Origin: Podarcis erhardii
Lineage: Eukaryota
Length of the DNA: 64,000 nt
Assembly (NCBI GenBank): GCA_964252035.1
Contig: OZ176211.1
Direction: 5' to 3' (one strand)
Shown here: piece by piece, positions 44,674 to 55,700 of the stretch
Layout: each line of letters begins with the position of its first letter
Numbering within the stretch: the first letter of the stretch is position 1
Notes under the pieces: model-generated
Told to the model about the DNA's origin: nothing
The model's database searches: none
What the model saw: the letters and a program-made list of their open reading frames with translations, nothing else
Translations under genes and position numbers: made by a program

Positions 44674-45585
44674 CTTCGCCGTGCGTGTGGGGAGGGCTTC
44701 CCCCTGCTAGCCCATTCTCCATCTTGGGCTTGGGGACGGGCCCCAGACTCCACCTCAGCATATAAGGCTTCAAGGAGGCCTCGGAACACCACTGCTGCCG
44801 CTTCGCCGTGCGTGTGGGGAGGGCTTCCCCCTGCAGGCCCATTCTCCATCTTGGGCTTGGGGACGGGCCCCAGACTCCACCTCAGCATATAAGGCTTCAA
44901 GGAGGCCTCGGAACACCACTGCTGCCACTTCGCCGTGCGTGTGGGGAGGGCTTCCCCCTGCAGGCCCATTTTCCACCTTGGGCTTGGGGACGGGCCCCAG
45001 ACTCCACCTCAGCATAAAAGACTCCAAGTAGGCCTGGGACACTGCTGCTGCCGCTTTGCCGGTGAGTCTTGGGGAGGACCGCTCCCCCTGCAAGCCCATT
45101 CTCCACCTTGGGCCTGGGGGCGGGCCCCAGACTCCATCTCAGCATATAAGGCTTCAAGGAGGCCTTGGAACACCACTGCTGCCGCTTTGCCGTGCGTGTG
45201 GGGAGGGCTTCCCCCTGCTAGCCCATTCTCCATCTTGGGCTTGGGGACGGGCCCCAGACTCCACCTCAGCATAAAAGACTCCAAGTAGGCCCGGGACACT
45301 GCTGCTGCCGCTTTGCCGGTGAGTCTTGGGGAGGACCGCTCCCCCTGCTAGCCCATTCTCCATCTTGGGCTTGGGGACGGGCCCCAGACTCCACCTCAGC
45401 ATATAAGGCTTCAAGGAGGCCTCGGAACACCACTGCTGCCGCTTCGCCGTGCGTGTGGGGAGGGCTTCCCCCTGCTAGCCCATTCTCCATCTTGGGCTTG
45501 GGGACGGGCCCCAGACTCCACCTCAGCATATAAGGCTTCAAGGAGGCCTCGGAACACCACTGCTGCCACTTCGCCGTGCGTGTGG
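44674..45585. repeat. GC-rich tandem array, 7 full units of 126-131 bp plus a 17-nt partial unit
   Basis: Unit starts at 44674, 44801, 44928, 45054, 45185, 45311, 45442 and 45569. Confidence 0.95.
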
Positions 45586-47366
45586 CGCAATTATTTAGTA
45601 TAATTCGGTCTTTAACGTCCCTCGAAGGACAGCCAAATTTAAATAACAATTTGACACACAGCTGTGAGGCATTTGCGAGCTTTTTTGCGGAGAAGGTCTT
45701 GTTGCTCCGCCATGACCTCCCTGCCAATTTGGATACAATAAAGGAACTGGAGGCCCCTCGACTGCCCTCGGGTTCAGTATTGGACCACTTTGACCGGATA
45801 TCCCCAGCCGATGTGGACAGACTCCTCCGAGCTGGAAAGCCCACCACATGTCCTCTCGACCCGTGCCCGTCCTGGCTGATTAGAGCGTGTCCAGACGAGG
45901 TGCGGGCCCCCCTGGGGGATATCATCAATCTGTCCCTTGGCACCGGGACATTCCCAGGGGAACTGAAGGAGGCAGTGGTGCGCCCGCTCTTAAAGAAAAC
46001 ATCATTAGATCCCTTAGATCTATCCAATTACCGCCCGGTTTCGAATCTTCCATTCCTGGGTAAGGTGATTGAGAGAGCGGTTGCTGAACAGCTTGGTAGG
46101 TTTCTGGATGAAACATCGGCTCTGGATCCATTCCAGTCCGGCTTCCGCGCTGGTCATGGGACTGAGACGGCTCTGGTCGCCCTAACAGATGATCTCCGCA
46201 GGCAGCTGGATCGAGGCGGGTCGGGGCTGCTGATTCTTCTAGACCTGTCAGCAGCCTTCGACATGGTCGATCACGAACTCCTGGACCACCGCCTTGCCGA
46301 CGTGGGGATCCAGGGCACAGTCCTTCAATGGCTGCGCTCGTTTCTCTCCGGTCGGGGACAGAGGGTGGCGCTTGGGGGGGAATTGTCATCCCGCCACTCC
46401 TTGGTGTGTGGTGTGCCCCAGGGTGCAATACTCTCCCCAATGCTTTTTAACATCTTTATGCGCCCCCTCGCCCAGCTTGTCCGGAGTTTTGGGCTGGGCT
46501 GCCATCAGTATGCTGATGACACCCAACTCTATCTGTTGATGGACGGCCACCCGGACTCTGCCCCAGACACACTGATCAGATGCTTGGAGGCTGTGGCTGG
46601 ATGGTTACGTGGGAGCCGGCTGAAGTTAAATCCTTCGAAGACAGAGGTCCTCTGGCTGGGACGGGACGACAGGGGGCTGAGGGGGCAACTCCCATCTCTT
46701 GCGGGGGTGCAATTAGTGCCAGCACCGTCCGTTAAGAGTTTGGGTGTAATCTTCGATACCTCCCTCTCCATGGAGGCGCAGATTGCAGCTATAACAAAGG
46801 CGGCATTCTTTCATCTCCGCCAAGCTAAGCAGTTGGCTCCTTACCTCTCACGCCCTGACCTAGCCACTGTGATCCACGCGACGGTCACCTCCAGACTGGA
46901 TTATTGTAACTCGCTCTACGTGGGGCTGCCCTTGAGACTGACCCAGAAACTCCAGCGGGTGCAAAATGCTGCAGCGAGACTCCTTACGGGGTCTTCGCTT
47001 AGAGATCACATTCATCCGGTGCTATACCAGCTGCACTGGCTCCCGGTGGAGTACAGGATCAGGTTTAAGGTGCTGGTTTTAACCTTCAAAGCCCTATACG
47101 GCCTAGGGCCCTCGTACCTACGGGACCGCCTCTCCTGGTATGCCCCACAGAGGAACTTACGATCTTCAAATAAAAACATCTTGAAGGTCCCAAGCCACAG
47201 AGAGGTTAGGCTGGCCTCAACTAGAGCCAGGGCTTTTTCGGCTGCGGCTCCAACCTGGTGGAACGCTCTCTCACAAGAGACAAGGGCCCTGCAGGACTTG
47301 ACATCTTTCCGCAGGGCCTGCAAGACAGAGCTGTTCCACCTGGCCTTTGGTCAGGGCGCAGCCTGA
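45576..47366 (+). CDS. L2-clade LINE ORF2 fragment: complete reverse transcriptase domain and C-terminus, no endonuclease
   Basis: 596-codon open frame with YRPVSNLPFLGKVIE, QSGFR, LLDLSAAFD, GVPQGAILSP, YADD (46509-46520) and LDYCNSL...QNAAARL. The GTG start lies in the array and is not a native start. Confidence 0.93.
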   Translation: MRVAQLFSIIRSLTSLEGQPNLNNNLTHSCEAFASFFAEKVLLLRHDLPANLDTIKELEAPRLPSGSVLDHFDRISPADVDRLLRAGKPTTCPLDPCPSWLIRACPDEVRAPLGDIINLSLGTGTFPGELKEAVVRPLLKKTSLDPLDLSNYRPVSNLPFLGKVIERAVAEQLGRFLDETSALDPFQSGFRAGHGTETALVALTDDLRRQLDRGGSGLLILLDLSAAFDMVDHELLDHRLADVGIQGTVLQWLRSFLSGRGQRVALGGELSSRHSLVCGVPQGAILSPMLFNIFMRPLAQLVRSFGLGCHQYADDTQLYLLMDGHPDSAPDTLIRCLEAVAGWLRGSRLKLNPSKTEVLWLGRDDRGLRGQLPSLAGVQLVPAPSVKSLGVIFDTSLSMEAQIAAITKAAFFHLRQAKQLAPYLSRPDLATVIHATVTSRLDYCNSLYVGLPLRLTQKLQRVQNAAARLLTGSSLRDHIHPVLYQLHWLPVEYRIRFKVLVLTFKALYGLGPSYLRDRLSWYAPQRNLRSSNKNILKVPSHREVRLASTRARAFSAAAPTWWNALSQETRALQDLTSFRRACKTELFHLAFGQGAA

Positions 47367-47555
47367 CTCCCTCCTCTGGCAATCTTTACAAAACTTTAGT
47401 TTATGGTTGCCATCAATTTTGATTTTAATTCATTTTAATCCATTTTTATAATGTTTTATAATGTTGTACTGTTTTAGTGTTGTTAGCCGCCCTGAGCCCG
47501 GCTTCGGCTGGGGAGGGCGGGATATAAATAAAATTTATTATTATTATTATTATTA
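45586..47555 (+). mobile_element. Young 5'-truncated L2 LINE with 3' stem-loop and (TAT)n tail
   Basis: Intact ORF, 3' UTR hairpin at 47487-47520, (tta)n tail at ~47535-47555. Confidence 0.92.
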
Positions 47556-47609
47556 GTGTATGTTTTTATTGTTAAACTTTAATAAATATCATTTTTTTTA
47601 AAAAAAAAA
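47556..47609 (+). mobile_element. Distal 3' end and poly(A) of the interrupted L1
   Basis: T-rich tract, AATAAA at ~47581 and an A run, resembling the end of the L1 at 10060-10119. Confidence 0.6.
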
Positions 47610-48649
47610 GATAAGGAAGACGCTTCTACAAAAGTTAGAGGAATTATTGGTTTCAGTAAGCAGCCTTCAGGATTCAAAGACCTTCATGTGCATAAGTCCA
47701 CTATTCCTTAAAAGAGCCCTACAAGTTAGGTTCAGTATTACTGTTCCTATATACGTGTGTATGAGTTGTATTCAATATTACCCCTACTCAGGGTAGACCC
47801 ATTGGAAAAAACAATCAAGACTGAGCATCCCCCCCATACCTTCATTCAAGATGTTGAACAACAATGGGCCCAGGACAGACATGTAGACTGTTAATAATTT
47901 TCAGCGTTATTTTAAAAGAGCAGAAGCCAGAGTATTTCCATTGGGCATTGGAACACACCTAGACCTATAACAAAAAGTTTTGCAATCAAAATATTGCAGT
48001 TTATGAGTTTTGGTAGGACTTTTAGTGTGCTTTAATGCAGCTTTGTAGAAGTCTAGTGGCCTGGTTTATCAAAATGAAAGTGTGAACTCTTTCTTTCATT
48101 CTTAAATATAATCTAAATTTTGTGATTGCAGATGAAGTTTTGAAATCCTGATACTAACATGTGAGCTTTAGTAACTCTGTGTTTTCCTCCCTTTTAGCCT
48201 AGTGTATAAAGGAAGGACATCTTTGCAGTTCAAGAAGAGTACTTCATAGTCAAGCATTTGGAAGGAAGTCAATGCTTGGAGCTGCTGAAAGTGAAAAGGC
48301 AAGTACTGCAGGATTTAGGAAGAGAGAAAGACATATCTGCACAACAGATTGGGAACTGATAGGAAGAGAAAGGTTATGGGGCAGTTTCCAACTCCCTCAT
48401 TCCATCAGCTCAAGGATTTGTGTTTGTGCAACAAGACTTTCCCCATGCGCTCTGCCCGTGCACCCCCTCAAAATCTGCTCTGGAGGGTTGTGAGAACCCA
48501 CTGAACAGATTTTGGTGGCACACGGGGATGAAGGGGGTGGGGAAGCTCCATTGTGCAAGTAGAAATCCTTGCAGTGATAGGAGGCGTACTTACTGTTACA
48601 TGGAATGAAAGCTATTAGGTTAAGGATCACCTTACTTATAAAAGAACTA

Positions 48650-48875
48650 CAGTGGTACTTTGGGTTACATACGCTTCAGGTTACAGACTCCGCTAACCCA
48701 GAAATAATACCTCGGGTTAAGAACTTTGCTTCAGGATGAGAACAGAAATCATGCTCCGGTGGTGCGGCAGCAGCAGGAGGCCCCATTAGCTAAAGTGGTG
48801 CTTCAGGTTAAGAACAGTTTCAGGTTAAGAACGGACCTCCGGAATGAATTAAGTACTTAACCCGAGGTACCACTG
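48650..48875. mobile_element. Tigger-like MITE (225-bp family)
   Basis: TA|cagtggtactttggg ... cccgaggtaccactg|TA. Confidence 0.9.
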
Positions 48876-49700
48876 TATTGTTTTGTTTCTTACTATGCTA
48901 TTTTTGTGTCTTTATATTGTAAAACATTCTCAGGTCCTTGGATGAAAGGCAGTACTGAAATTTTAATAATTATAATAATGTGGGATAGATTTTAAATAAA
49001 CAAATAATTAAAACAGGTCATTTCATGACTTAACTTAGTTTAGAATATGTCATCCTGTTAAATCAGGGGTTGCCAACCTTTTTCGAGAGGGTGCTGTAGG
49101 CCCCAGCCACAAAATGCCTGCCATGGGGTGGGTGGCATAACACAAAAAGAGAAGAGCGCAGTCATTGCTGCTGCTGCTGCTGCTTGCTTCCATACCCCAC
49201 CCCACAGACAACCTTAGGTTTAGCATGGAAAGTCAGTTATGCCCTGCTGGTCCTGACTCTGGGGAATCACACAGTATTGATTTCTCTGTAACACACATAA
49301 TTATTTTGCTTGACAGTAAAAATGCTCTTCACATAATCAGATGGTGTGCTGATTAAAATATTTTTATGATGGAAAATCTAATATTATCTTGACTAACTTT
49401 TTCCAGTGCTTGAGTTATTTTTCCAGGTGTCAGAGGTTGAGACACAGCCAACGCTGCTTGGGTGTACATAAACTCATATTTCTTGAACTGAGCAATAATG
49501 AACAACTGACTTGTATCTCTCTGGTGTTCTCTGTTTGCTCCTGCAGGATCCTCCCCCAGTCCAAGTCTCTAATCTTAGAACTTGATGTTAAGAGCATTTC
49601 ATAATGTTAATTTTGATGATGCCAGAATTGTGTAAGTTTTTTTTTACCATCACTTGACCCATTTCTCACCTTTTTGTTTCTAGACCTCTATTTCAAAAAG

Positions 49701-49782
49701 ATGTTCAACTTCTTCCGAAAAAACCAAGATACCAAGAAGGTATTGGTGACAGAAAAAGAAGCAGATGGATTTGTTTTTCTCG
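49701..49782 (+). CDS. UMAD1: UMAD1 first coding exon (MFNFFRKNQDTKKVLVTEKEADGFVFL-G); remaining exons not found in the window
   Basis: Matches recalled human [28 protein letters not shown]. Acceptor ttctag| at 49683, donor G|gtaagt. Synteny with RPA3. Confidence 0.93.
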
Positions 49783-52574
49783 GTAAGTGATTCTAAGAGT
49801 TTATTAAAAAAATCATATATTTTGAACAAAATTTTCTGGGTATTTCACAGGTTGTTACCATTTTATATTTAAAGTACATTCAGTTCACTAAGAAATTTCA
49901 AAGAAGTTAATCTTGAACCATGCCCCCCCGCCCCCGAGTGGTCATGTATGAACTGAAAATATAAACTGTAGACTTAGCATAGATGTTGTTTCTGCCTTGC
50001 CATTATTTCTCTTAGGCCCTTTGCATCATTTTTGGCACCACCCTCCCTGCTCACAAGTAACAAAGAGCTTAGTCAGAGGTCTATTTCCTGTGGTTGTAAC
50101 AGTTTAAAAATTTAAATGTTTTTAAGGGTAAGGTACAATCGCTGGTTTTAAAATAGTCAGTTTTTAAGATGTCTTTGATCGCACCTACACCATGGAATGC
50201 ATTTATTTTCTTTTTCTATTTCACTTTTCTTCCAAGCTGGGATTCAGAGTGGCTTACAACATTTAAAAATACCATTATAAAATGTGAACAAACTAGCTTA
50301 AAAACAATAGTTAATATTCATCAAAACACATTTAGAACCAGCATTAATATACAGTTTGCTGTGGCATTTAAAGCACGTGGCTTTCCCCAAAGAATTCTGG
50401 GAAATGTAGTTTGCGAAGAGTATTGGGTATCATAGCTCTGGGAGGGGTAAACTAGAGTTTTAAAGACTCTTCAGGGAAAATCATGTGCTTTAAATGAATG
50501 GAGTGGGTGTGACCTTTATTCTGAGGCAGCATTCAGTGAGTGACCTAGTTATGTTAGCAGCCTCCTTCAGCTTGGTGCCTTCCAGATCTTTTGGTCTTCA
50601 GCTCTCATCATCTTCAACCATTGGCCATTTTGGCTGGTGGTGATGGGAATTGGAGTCCAAAACACCTGGAGGGCAGCTGGTCAGGGGGAGGATGTGTAAT
50701 CCCAGTAATGTTGACTCCTTAAGAGAAATAGAGTGACATAAGATTCTTGCAGAGCCTCTGTTTGCATAGGGGGATTACTGTGATGAGACTATTGTCTTTC
50801 TGTGGCGTTCCTCAGCTTACTTGATCCTATTTTGAGGCCTAAATATAGTGTGCATGGGGAAATGTACACCGAGTTCGATAAAGATTTTGTGACATAGAAA
50901 TGACAAATCAATAGCCCTGAATGACAACTGAGTCATGGACACAGGAGAATCAGGAGCAATTGGGAACCGATACAGGATAGTGAGTCTTTCCATTCCTGGG
51001 TGGATAACAGCTCCTCTGTTGTTTCTGCCTCTTAGTTTGTGCATTACATTATCTCTCTGGGGGGAATGACAACCTTCTTCATAAATATCCTAGATGTGAG
51101 ACTTGTCAGCTAGTAACTTAAGAAGTTCTAAGAATTCTTTCCCATGAGGGTTTGTGCGCTGCGTCATGCATGCCCCAAATTCTCTGTGGATTTTTTGTTC
51201 TTGAGAGTGCGCGAGTGGAATTTATTCCAATCATTTGCCTGGGGGAATTAAGTAGTAATATTTCTTGCTGCATGTTGTTTTTCAGTAGGAGTTGCTTAGT
51301 ACCAGAGCATGTGTGCTCAAGGGTATATGCTCATGTGTACCCTGCTGGGTGGTGTGCAGAATAGTTTATGGTCTTGGAGAAGAAACTTTTCAGATCTTGC
51401 TTGCTGAGAAAGGAGGAAAACAGTATTGCTTCCCATATAGTTAAATGAAATTAAGTGCATGAAACGCTTGCTGTTCTTCATTGGTTGCCTGCATTCAACT
51501 TTGTTTGCTGAACGTTTGTAATAGTATTTTGAACGTACTGGCTTTTCTGATTCAATGAAGCTTCAAACAAGATTGACTTGAGCCCATCTTTCTCTCCTTT
51601 TGTTTTCCTGAGGTGTCCCAAATATAATATTTAATTTCATATAAACTGGAAGAATCAGGGGTCGTCTTTGTGACACTATTTATTTATTTAGTTCCAATAT
51701 CTATATGCCACCTAATGACAAAAGTCCTCAGGGTGGTTTACAAGTAAGAATTAAAAACACAAAATACCAAAAGAGAGAGAGAGTCACAACTGAAATTGTC
51801 CAATAATGAAACAGATTGAGACCATTGTCTCAGGTGGTGGGTACAGAGGCACTGCCCCTGTCCTGGGGACCTTCCGCCCAACCTCATTATTGTACATTTG
51901 GTGAGGCAAAGATCTTCTGCCGCTGCCTTTACTTCCTCCTCACTGTCTTACTTTGCTTAGAGAAAGGGCTGAGAGGGTCCTTTTTTAGAGCCAGGCATTT
52001 TGAGTGAGGGGGCCAGCAGAATGCCTGCATTCCTGTCATGGTTTGCCATGGCAGCTTTTTAAACTAAGAATTTTAAAAATGCTTTTATGGAAGTTGGAAG
52101 TGCATTCTCCTGCCCATCTCACCCAAAATGCATGGCAGTGAAGAAGGACCCTCTTCAGCCCTTTCTTAGGTGAGAGTTGAAGGCTGTGGTAGAGAGCCTC
52201 CATTAAGTTTCCTGGCATTAGAGTCATGTTAATATGAAGCAACTGTGTAAAAATGCTGTTTCCTTGGATGACTAGTGCAAGAAGAAATAACCACTATTCT
52301 ATACAAGTGTATTATCATTGTGTTCCTTCTTCTAAAATTGCTTGCCATAGTTCCATAAAACTTTTCCTATGCTATATAATTGGCACCATATCAAGATCAT
52401 ATGTATATTCAGGAGAGATGTGCCCTCCTGGCATCAACAAGCTTCATTATTATTACTTTTAGCTGCTTTTATTATATGTTTCTAAAACACCTTGATGCTC
52501 ATGTAGGTGGTGATTCAAAAATGAATAAATAACAACAATATTAATAATTAGTAATAATAATCATTCTGTCCTTC

Positions 52575-52775
52575 CTGCAAAGTACTCAGAGCAGCATACA
52601 TAAATTTGCTCCCAACTTAGACTTTATTTGCAAAACAACCCTGTGTGCAGGTGAGGAAGGTAAGGCTGAGGCTGGACCAAGATCACCCATTGAGCTTTGG
52701 GACTAAGAAGGAATTTGAACCTGGGTCTCCCTGTTCGTACTCTCAACATAATAACAGCTGCCCCACATAGGTAAC
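52575..52775 (-). mobile_element. Squamate tRNA-derived SINE (Squam3-like), degenerate
   Basis: acaaccctgtg..ggtaaggctgag..caagatcaccca..ggaatttgaacctgggtctcc pattern. A related 3' piece lies at ~23590-23710. Confidence 0.55.
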
Positions 52776-55700
52776 TGCTGCTGCTGCTGTTTTGTGTATG
52801 AAATACTTGCAATGGCTCTGCCCTGACTACCTTTTTCCATTTGGAACGGTTTCATGTGTGTTATCATTGTAATGGTTTTATTTGTTTTTATAGTTGTATG
52901 TTTTGTTGTTGTAACCAGCCCTGGAACTTTATGATGAAGAGTCGTTAGGAAATCTTAAAAATAATAATAACAAATAATAATATACCCAGTAATAATATAC
53001 CCAATAATAATAATAAATACCCAGTAATAATAATAAATACCCAGGCTTAATGATTGCACTGGTGTTCATCAGTGTTTCCTGCTTACCAGGATTTGAGGTT
53101 AGTTAGCAAACTCTAGTTGAGAAGAATTCTGGTTATTGATTGATTGATATTCTGCCTTTATTTCCTTATGGCACTCAAGGCAACAACACAGAGGGTTCCC
53201 TGCTGCTGATCACATCAAGAATTGGATTAGATTTCGCAAGGTTTACAGTATCATATGCCTTAAGACCATGGCCTGAGTCCACTATAAGCACTGCTAGCTG
53301 GGCTTAAAGGATCGCTGTGTAAAGATGTAATAAACTGGGATCAAGTATGTTGTCCTCAAAGTCTTGGTAAGCAGTATAGAACATATGGGGTTAGAATGGC
53401 TTTTAGAGATGGTTGTGGCTTTCTAAGTGGTAGGAATTATGTAAAGAAGCGGTAGCCAAGGGGGTATCGCCTGCTAGGTGTTGAAAACTACGACTCCCAC
53501 CATCCCTGAGCATTGGCCAAGTTGACTGAGGCTGATGGGAATTGTAGTCCACAACAATTGGAGGGCATCATGTTGGTTGCCTCTGGTGTATACTGTTTTA
53601 TTTATTGGTAATTCTTATTGATTTGTCTTTCTAGCAACCTTGCATTCATTCCTTGTAGCATTTCAAATGCTGTTCAACAGGTTTCTGCTCAGTATGCATT
53701 TGTTGCAAAATTGCTGGGGGGGGGGGAGAGATTTTTAATAAGCATCCCACCTTAATCAACTGCTCTATGCAAAAGTCGATTGGGACTTTTTGTCTACCGA
53801 TTGTCACTTCTTTATAATAACAGCTATATTTTGAAGTGCGAGTTTCTTTGGCTATCTTGCTCTTGCCTGTTCTGTGAATAACAGGGTTAAAAGCTCCATG
53901 CGTCTGATTACTGTAGTTTGAGTTCACTGGGCAAGGAAGATGAGGGAGACCTGAAAAACAACCCTCTCCAGTGTCACTGATTTCTAGTCGCATAAGGAGA
54001 TAATTGCTACCCCTTCATTCAGTGTGGAGTCAAACTAATCCTCTTGGGTTCTGGTTTTACACAAAAACAAAGTGCAGTATTGCTTTTGCATCATTAGGTG
54101 GCATCTTGCTTCATGCACTTCTCAAGTAAATTGAATACAGCATTAATTGCCAAGCTAGCTCTTTCTCCTACTATGGTTTTTGGGTTTTTTTTTAAAGAAT
54201 CTGTATGTCTGAAGTTTAATATAAAGCATAAATGGAATAATGTTTTCAGCCAGAGAGCAAATTTGAAATAATGGGACCAAAACCCCTAGAGCTGATTAGT
54301 ACAGTCTGAAGGGTCACACGAGAGCCCCAAAACACAAAGGAGTGAATTTGCATATTTTCACAAGAGGAAAATAACTGAATGCAACAACGTGAGTAACTAT
54401 CAGCTTCATGCTTTATTAATACTATAAAAGAAACAGAGAGAGTTGGCTAACTTAAGAGTACAGTTGAGTTTTGGTTGAATGAGCTCAATCAACATCTCCT
54501 ATGCAGATTAACAGAATTAGGTTACCAAACAATGGACCTTCATAATGCTTTGTAGTATAAGCAGGTGTGTTTCTTAAGAGTAGAATATGCTAAGTACAGC
54601 TTTCTCTGGACTTTGTATATTACCATATCTGAATGTTGGCATTGCCATTCAGAAGCACAATTGCCTGTCCCCTGGCTGTTTCATCCATGGGTCCAGCTTG
54701 TCATATAGTTTACAATTCTGTAAATACAGTGGGTGTAGCCTTTATGAAAGAACATCTGGCACATTTGGTTGATAATGTTGTTGTAGTCATTTGCAAAGTG
54801 TTCCTATTCTGGTTGTCGAGAACACAAAGGTTTTTAAGTTGCTGATGGTACATAAATCCAGTTGTGCTTGTAAACCTGCACCACTCTTTGGTCCAACAAA
54901 CACAGTTACAGGCGCTTAAAGTGTGTTTTGATGGGCTAATGCAAAACTTAGTAATAGGACTCCAAATTATCAGAGGCTTTGAGGTTGGGGCCCTTTGAGC
55001 AAAGTGTCCCTGTTTTGACACATTGTGGCTTGGGATAAGCAAACGTGTGCGTGTGTTTATGCACGTGCATGCATGCATGCATGCAAAAAGACAGGAGTCA
55101 ACTAATCTACTTGTTGCACATAGTCCTGGCAACAACACCTTACCCACTCTGGAAAATGTGACAAGTCGCCACTCACTTACTTAGCTGGATGTACACTGAG
55201 CAGTCCTTCCCTTCTCGGCACCAACCATTGCTAAGTATGCACGCCTCCTTCTCCCTGTTTCTCCGCACATCTGTGCTAAGGAGAGCTCTTGGTGGAGAGC
55301 TGCTGCTGCCTGGCAGCAGTGCAACCTTGCACTGTACATGTTTATTCCAGGATGGACAGCAGAGGCAGGCCAAGCACTGAGTGCTTCCTAGAATTCAGAA
55401 GTTTCAGAGGCAAGGAAGAAGCTTGCTTCTGGTTGGTGGGTGAGAAGAGGAAGGAAGTGATAGCTGCCATGACAGCCACAAAGAGGGACTGATGGAGACA
55501 GGAGAGAAGAACAAAGGAGTGGCCTCTTCTTAGTTTCAAGTTCAGGAGGATCAGGCTGTCTTGGCCTCTGAAGAGTTCTTCTGAGATTGGAATTGGGCAG
55601 GAGCTTCGGAGGCTCTGGAGTTCAGCAGGACACCAGATAATAGTCCTGATGACTATGCATTTGAGTTGCCTACCAAGGCCACCCAAAATCTGTGGGCCCT

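Noticed and set aside
44674-45585. CRISPR-like array or diversity-generating cassette beside an RT
   Set aside because: Units are contiguous near-identical repeats with no unique spacers, the context is eukaryotic, and the RT is an ordinary L2-clade enzyme.
44674-45585. HDV-like ribozyme in the array monomer (ccccagactccacctcagc resembles the HDV P3/L3 region)
   Set aside because: I could not build the nested double pseudoknot (P1, P1.1, P2) by eye on either strand. A descriptor search would be needed.
44565-46027. Multiple overlapping 65-253 aa ORFs with repeated peptides
   Set aside because: By-products of a GC-rich tandem repeat whose unit length is mostly not a multiple of 3, and of the antisense strand of the RT frame.
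55180-55700. Coding-looking purine-rich stretch with a strong minus-strand donor (AA|GTAAGT at ~55180)
   Set aside because: No continuous frame, no similarity to recalled UMAD1 exon 3, and no recognisable domain.
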